Shown: positions 41,359-42,717 of the stretch, in pieces | How the letters are laid out: each line of letters opens with the position of its first letter | How positions within the stretch are numbered: position 1 is the stretch's first letter | Origin: a virus | DNA length: 42,717 nucleotides | Reading direction: 5' to 3' (one strand) | IMG/VR virus record: IMGVR_UViG_3300045988_152067 | Location: 1-42,717 of that record | Notes under the pieces: generated by a model | The model's input: the letters and a program-made list of their open reading frames with translations, nothing else | Told to the model about the DNA's origin: nothing | Databases searched by the model: none | Position numbers and translations under genes: made by a program

Positions 41359-41444
41359 ATTTCTAAGCCTCCTTGTTTTTATTTTCCTGTTAAAATAATA
41401 CCTTTAGCAGGTCCACAAAACGCTCCACCGAACGCTTAAAAAAA

Positions 41445-41473
41445 TTGACACCTAACCATTATTGATATATAAT
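41445..41473 (+). promoter_or_regulatory. Perfect consensus promoter TTGACA-17-TATAAT, antisense to the rep leader
   Basis: TTGACA at 41445-41450, 17-nt spacer, TATAAT at 41468-41473. Confidence 0.8.
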
Positions 41474-41479
41474 TTAATT

Positions 41480-41548
41480 AAACTTTATATGTGGTTAGTT
41501 TTAAGCCCTTAGGTTATTCGCAGTGACCTAAGGGCTTCGCCATTTTTT
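41480..41548 (+). ncRNA. About 70-nt countertranscript opposite the rep upstream region
   Basis: 11-bp stem 41503-41513/41527-41537 followed by cgcca and T6. Lies 120-190 nt upstream of the rep ATG on the opposite strand. Confidence 0.55.
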
Positions 41549-41600
41549 AAGCCAGTAGAACGTTTTGTGTTTCTACTTAACTATCTTTTCTATAAGAGCT

Positions 41601-41678
41601 GTTGACATACTCCCCATGCCTAAAGGCAGGGGATTCTTGGATACAAACGATACTTGCCTACTAAAATAGCAGGTCTTA
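41601..41678 (-). mobile_element. IS200/IS605-type right end / omega-RNA-like scaffold remnant
   Basis: Immediately 3' of the TnpB fragment. Contains an imperfect palindrome cccctgcc-ttta-ggca(t)gggg with a bulged T, typical of IS200/IS605 end hairpins. Confidence 0.55.
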
Positions 41679-41840
41679 CTATATCTCTCCAAAGAAGGTT
41701 GATGCCCCAACCTTCCATATATTTATAGCAGCATTTCTATCTCTATCGTGGCTGGTTTTGCACTTTGCGCAAATCCACTCACGAACTGCCAAATTTTTAG
41801 TTTCAGGATTTTTTGTACCACAAACATGGCAAAATGTGAA
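41679..41840 (-). pseudogene. tnpB: TnpB (IS605 OrfB family) C-terminal fragment
   Basis: The 53-codon frame [45 protein letters not shown] is the TnpB zinc-finger/RuvC-III end. An in-frame TAA lies directly upstream and there is no N-terminal part. Confidence 0.75.
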
Positions 41841-41907
41841 TTAATGTCTCTATTCTGGACTTTTAAAAATCTGTAATTCGTTAATATTTATCCCTCCCCT
41901 ATATTGA

Positions 41908-41997
41908 GCAGTACACACCCAGCAAGCCTTTTTAAATCATCTATAATCATTTACTTTTTAGAGGTCGTGGCAGTTTTGCTTACTGGGTTTGTACTGC
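41908..41997. repeat. Long inverted repeat (20-nt arms, 18/20 paired, 50-nt loop)
   Basis: gcagtacacacccagcaagc versus gcttactgggtttgtactgc. One mismatch becomes a G-U on the - strand. Confidence 0.8.
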
Positions 41998-42020
41998 CCA
42001 ATATTTTTATTAATTTAGCC

Positions 42021-42052
42021 ATAGTTATTAAAATACGTTATATAATAACTAT
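42021..42052. repeat. Inverted repeat with 10-bp arms
   Basis: atagttatta / taataactat around a 12-nt loop. Confidence 0.8.
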
Positions 42053-42073
42053 CGACAAAGTTTTCTTCATTTT

Positions 42074-42126
42074 GCAAGTAGATATATAACTCATCTCAAT
42101 CTCTATATATCTACTTGCATTTTTTA
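42074..42126 (+). terminator. 15-bp perfect hairpin followed by a T run on the + strand
   Basis: gcaagtagatatata / tatatatctacttgc with a 15-nt loop, followed by aTTTTTTa. Confidence 0.55.
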
Positions 42127-42144
42127 TGCTGTTTTTAAACCTCA

Positions 42145-42279
42145 TCATGCTATTTTTTTGTTTTTAGCATTATTTTCCGCTACTTGAGCAACTTTTACTA
42201 AAGATAAAAAATATCTTTGATTTTCTGGATTTAACTGTTTAAAGATTTTAATTGTTTCATTTACATAATCTTTTTCCAT
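42145..42279 (-). CDS. 44-aa protein at the Cro position, similar to the repressor C-terminal segment (SinI-like antagonist candidate)
   Basis: GAGGTGAG RBS. MEKDYVNETIKIFKQLNPENQRYFLSLVKVAQVAENNAKNKKIA aligns without gaps to repressor residues 72-110 (12/39 identical). Confidence 0.55.
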   Translation of the reverse strand: MEKDYVNETIKIFKQLNPENQRYFLSLVKVAQVAENNAKNKKIA

Positions 42280-42303
42280 ATAACTCACCTCATTTTTATT
42301 AAT

Positions 42304-42344
42304 ATAAAGTTATTTTTATTAACTTTATGTTAAAATTTTAACAT
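42304..42344. promoter_or_regulatory. Two overlapping operator palindromes in the divergent switch region
   Basis: ATAAAGTTA-n7-TAACTTTAT (42304-42328) and the perfect 18-bp palindrome ATGTTAAAATTTTAACAT (42327-42344). They share the half-site GTTA/TAAC. Confidence 0.6.
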
Positions 42345-42364
42345 AAACAAAAAGGAGTGATTAC

Positions 42365-42717
42365 ATGTTAAAGAGATTAAAACAAGCTAGAAAATCATTA
42401 GGATTAAACCAAAGTGATTTTGCTAAGTATCTTGGATTAACTCAAACGGGATACTCAATGATTGAAAATGGTAGAAATCCTTTATCAGAGAGACATATTA
42501 AAGTAATATGTAAAACATTTAACATTTCTGAGAATTGGCTACAAAATGGAAGAGGTTCTATGTTTTCATGTTCACCTTATGAAAAAGAATTAACTGAAAT
42601 TCTTAACTCACTTGAACCTGAAACACAAGAATATCTATTTAAAATGGCTAAAGAATTATTAAGCACCCAGAATAAATTAATTAACAAAAGCTCAAAATCT
42701 GATGATGAAAAAACTTA
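42365..42717 (+). CDS. XRE/cI-type repressor (117 aa); its stop codon is completed across the circular junction
   Basis: AAAGGAG RBS and HTH LGLNQSDFAKYLGLTQTGYSMIENGRN. The frame ends ...ACT TA at 42717, and base 56 (a) completes the TAA. Confidence 0.8.
   Translation, partial: MLKRLKQARKSLGLNQSDFAKYLGLTQTGYSMIENGRNPLSERHIKVICKTFNISENWLQNGRGSMFSCSPYEKELTEILNSLEPETQEYLFKMAKELLSTQNKLINKSSKSDDEKT
42663..42717. repeat. Second copy of the 55-bp end overlap
   Basis: Identical to 1-55. Confidence 0.9.

Noticed and set aside
41359-41444. Direct repeat aacgct...aacgct and TTGATA-like sequence (41459-41466) as the Rep nick site (dso)
   Set aside because: The motifs are too short and too generic. 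They resemble pC194-type CTTGATA only partially. There is no supporting hairpin, so no call is made.
41904-42089. 61-aa hydrophobic + strand ORF ending at the 42074-42126 hairpin
   Set aside because: It has a TTG start, no RBS and no in-frame ATG. Its sequence is made up of the arms of the three inverted repeats. The hydrophobicity reflects T-rich sequence.
1-42717. Integrase/attP, toxin or antibiotic-resistance cargo, retron/DGR reverse transcriptase, Cas or known defence-system genes
   Set aside because: No ORF shows recombinase catalytic patterns, RT motifs (YxDD), large toxin-sized ORFs or Cas-like domains. Small unknown ORFs could still hide anti-defence functions, but nothing in the sequence supports such a call.

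Overview
The window is a complete circular replicon of about 42.66 kb. Bases 1-55 repeat exactly at 42663-42717, and one gene closes only across that junction. It is a low-GC temperate phage that looks like a phage-plasmid: I found no integrase. On the + strand it has an XRE repressor, a membrane protein and a ParA plus ribbon-helix-helix partition cassette. An HUH rolling-circle Rep lies on the - strand. Almost everything else is also on the - strand, in this order: a divergent switch region, early genes (Rep, RecU, MazG-like, many small ORFs) and a RinA/ArpU-like late activator. Then come an HNH endonuclease and a lambda-like packaging/head module (Nu1, GpA, W, portal, protease-capsid fusion, FII, Z), followed by a P2/Mu-like contractile tail and baseplate (sheath, tube, E/E' chaperone, tape measure, X, D, V, PAAR, U, W, J, I, fibre) and a lysis cassette. 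After that lie an accessory island of cysteine-patterned and low-complexity proteins, and a tightly coupled SNF2 / PAPS-reductase (IbrA-like) / ParB (IbrB-like) / atypical methyltransferase operon.

The most unusual locus is a roughly 0.95-kb ORF-free, GC-enriched, hairpin-dense region (about 2498-3473). It carries its own - strand promoter. A short + strand RNA with a perfect consensus promoter and two stem-loops runs antisense to its 5' end. This could be a large structured phage RNA or an RNA-primed, antisense-controlled plasmid origin.

Other items worth a second look:
- a second consensus-promoter countertranscript opposite the rep leader;
- a TnpB 3' relic that still carries its omega-RNA/right-end hairpin;
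- a SinR/SinI-like repressor/antagonist pair at the switch;
- a dual-frame locus at 13444-13932;
- two phased AT-rich repeat arrays that could be centromere or iteron sites.

All functional calls come from motifs read by eye. No database search was possible.
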